Source: Nemertoderma westbladi | Lineage: Eukaryota; Animalia; Xenacoelomorpha | Reading direction: 5' to 3' | Length of the DNA stretch: 64,000 bases | NCBI GenBank assembly: GCA_032718475.1 | Contig: JAUCBJ010007720.1 | Coordinates: 62,001-126,000 of the forward strand | Shown: piece after piece, positions 61,714 to 64,000 of the stretch | How positions within the stretch are numbered: position 1 is the stretch's first letter | How the letters are laid out: each line of letters opens with the position of its first letter | Notes under the pieces: model-generated | Told to the model about the DNA's origin: nothing | The model's database searches: none | The model's input: the letters and a program-made list of their open reading frames with translations, nothing else | Translations under genes and position numbers: made by a program

Positions 61714-64000
61714 TTGAAATGTAAAACGACACTAAAGATTGCTACAATGAACACACGCACGCTGAAAGCCCATACCAAACAGGGTGACATGGTCGCTCTG
61801 GCAATGGAATATAACATCGACATCATCTGCATCCAAGAACATCGGATTTGTCATGAAAACACTGCCATGAAGTACAATGACATTGGAAATGGATGGACGT
61901 TAGTAACAAGCTCAGCAGTAAGAAACTCGGCCAATGCATCTATTGGCGGAGTAGGAATTCTGCTAAGCCCATTTGCACTTAAGACCCTAAACAACATCGA
62001 ATCTATAAATTCCAGGGTTAGGATCGCAACATTTGATGGGAATCCCAAGACAACAGTTGTATGTTGCTACAGTCCAACCAATGCCTCAGAGCCAGAACAA
62101 GCAGTCAATAACACCAGTTCTAACAGAAATGGGTACTTACTTTTAGACCTAATGGAAGAATGTGAATTGATACCAATAAACAACACATTCGAAAAGAGTA
62201 AGGGGAAGCTATGGACCTTTCAATACCCTAATGGAACCCAATCACAACTGCATCACATTACATCATTATAAACAAAAAGTGGAGAAACAGCGTGATCAAC
62301 TGCGAGGCATACAGCTCGTTCAACCTAATTGGTTCGGACCACAGAATTGTGACTGCAGAGATCAGACTTAGTTTGAGAGCCAGCAAACCCAGGACAAGCA
62401 AGCAAATCAACTATGTCTGGGAGAAACTCAGAACTGACAATGCAGTAAAGGATGCTTACACAGTAGAAGTTCAAAACCGCTTTGAAGCACTTCAGTCAAT
62501 GGATGAAGACCAGTCCACCGATTCAATATACCAGAATATAATAACAGCCCACAAGGAATCAGCTAAGAGGCATATCCCCCAGAAACCCAAACGAAAACAG
62601 TATGTGCCATGGCAAAACTCTGAGGTTACTTGTAAGGCTCCCCTTACATGGAGCAACTTGTTTCTGCAACTTGTTTCTGAAACATGTTGCTGGACCCCCT
62701 CACACACAGAAACTTGTTGCTGCAACTTGTTTTAGCATCTTGTTTCCGAAACTTGTTTCTGCAACTTGTTGCTGGACCCCCTCACACACAGAAACTTGTT
62801 GCTGAAGAAAATAACAATTATTTCCAAATAAATAGCTAACATGTCCAGTCATTTGTATATAATATCACATCACTCAAATTATCTAATATTAGGTAGTATC
62901 AAAATAGAATGTAATAAAAGTTTTTCAAAAAGTTGCTGGGAATATAACATCCAGCAACTTGTTGCTGGACTCCCTCACACACAGAAATAAGTTGCGGAAA
63001 CAATTTGCAGAAACTTGTTGCTGGAGTCCTCACACACAGAAACAAGTTTTGGAAACAAGTTGCAGCAACAAGTTTCTGTGTGTGAGGGGGTCCAGCAACA
63101 AGTTTTAGAAACAAGTTGCTCCATGTGAGGGGGGCCTAATAGTTTAATTTTAAAGTGTGAGGTTACTGAGGTTACTTGTAAGAGAAAAGATCTTAAGATA
63201 GCCTACAAAGTTAAAACCGAACAACCAACAACCGAAAACATTAACAAGGTTGAGAAAGCTAAGGACGATCTTAAATTGGCCTACAACATCAGCCAGGTAA
63301 AGTACATACAGGATAAAATTGAAGCAATTAGAACTGCTCACATACAGATGACAATCATCAGCAACAATCAAGACTTACCTAGCAAACTGTAAATGAGGTA
63401 TCTAGTCGGAAAAGTTGTGCAAAGGGCGCCTCAAAGCCGATAGTCCGATTGGGAAGTGGAAAAATCACTTCAGCAACTTGCTTGGGCAGCCACCAAACAT
63501 CGAGGTCAGCCCTACAAGGAAAATATATGACAAGACACACCATGACAGTCCATTATTGAATGTTTGCAACCCCATGTTAAAAGGAGAAAAGCCACCACCA
63601 ATTTGGACTAAAGGTCAACTAAAGCCTCTCCCCAAGAAAGGAGACCTCGGCATACCAACAAACTATCGTGGGATCTGTCTGCTTGTGGTAGCTGCCAAAA
63701 TATACAATATAATGATTCTATATAGGATTAGGCCTCACATAGAGAAACTACTGCGTAAGAGCCAAAACGGATTTCGACAAAGTAGATCAACAATAGCTCA
63801 GATACTTGCAATACGGAGACTTATTGAAGGAATTAAGACAAAGAATCTCCCCGCAGTCATGACTTTTGTGGACTTCAAGAAGGCATTCGACTCCATCCAT
63901 AGAGGTAAAATGCTTGAAATCCTAAGAGCTTATGGAATACCAGAAGTAATTGTTGCTGGCATTGGATTGTTATATTGTGACACAGAAGCGCAGGTACTCT
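61714..64000 (+). pseudogene. Decayed non-LTR retrotransposon (RTE-like LINE): AP endonuclease plus start of RT, running off the window
   Basis: APE motifs LKIATMNTRTL, DIICIQEHR, GGVGILL, CYSPT, GSDHRIV. RT motifs LPKKGDL..PTNYRGICLL, QNGFRQSRST, FVDFKKAFDSIHR. Frameshifts are present, the GDFN motif is deleted (~62100), and a MITE is inserted. Confidence 0.9.
62636..63136. mobile_element. Non-autonomous TIR element (PIF/Harbinger-type MITE, 501 bp)
   Basis: TIRs GGCTCCCCTTACATGGAGCAACTTGTTTCT / AGAAACAAGTTGCTCCATGTGAGGGGGGCC, with TAA on both sides (62633-62635, 63137-63139). Inverted subterminal repeats (TGTTGCTGGACCCCCTCACACACAGAAAC) surround an AT-rich core. Confidence 0.9.

Overview
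Eukaryotic, repeat-derived DNA with no recognisable host gene; an invertebrate host is plausible but cannot be determined from the sequence. About 37.7 kb (611-38275) is one tandem array of a 38-bp satellite (about 990 monomers) with local higher-order structure. Directly beside it is a decayed minus-strand BEL/Pao LTR retrotransposon (element 1). It has a ~1.4-kb 3' LTR, a large gag/protease deletion, a disrupted pol and no matching 5' LTR. In the env position it carries an accessory gene with a DEDDy 3'-5' exonuclease-like fold followed by CCHC zinc knuckles. Element 1 also contains seven copies of a bulged tetraloop RNA hairpin (six with GNRA loops) spread over gag, pol, the accessory gene and the LTR, plus three K-turn-like hairpins in the LTR. 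Next is a near-intact plus-strand BEL/Pao element (element 2, 49468-61379) with ~540-bp LTRs. It has no tRNA PBS, but the 9 nt after its 5' LTR are complementary to a sequence inside its own LTR, a candidate for Tf1-like self-priming. The window ends in a decayed RTE-like LINE interrupted by a PIF/Harbinger-type MITE. All calls were made by eye; no database searches or folding programs were run.
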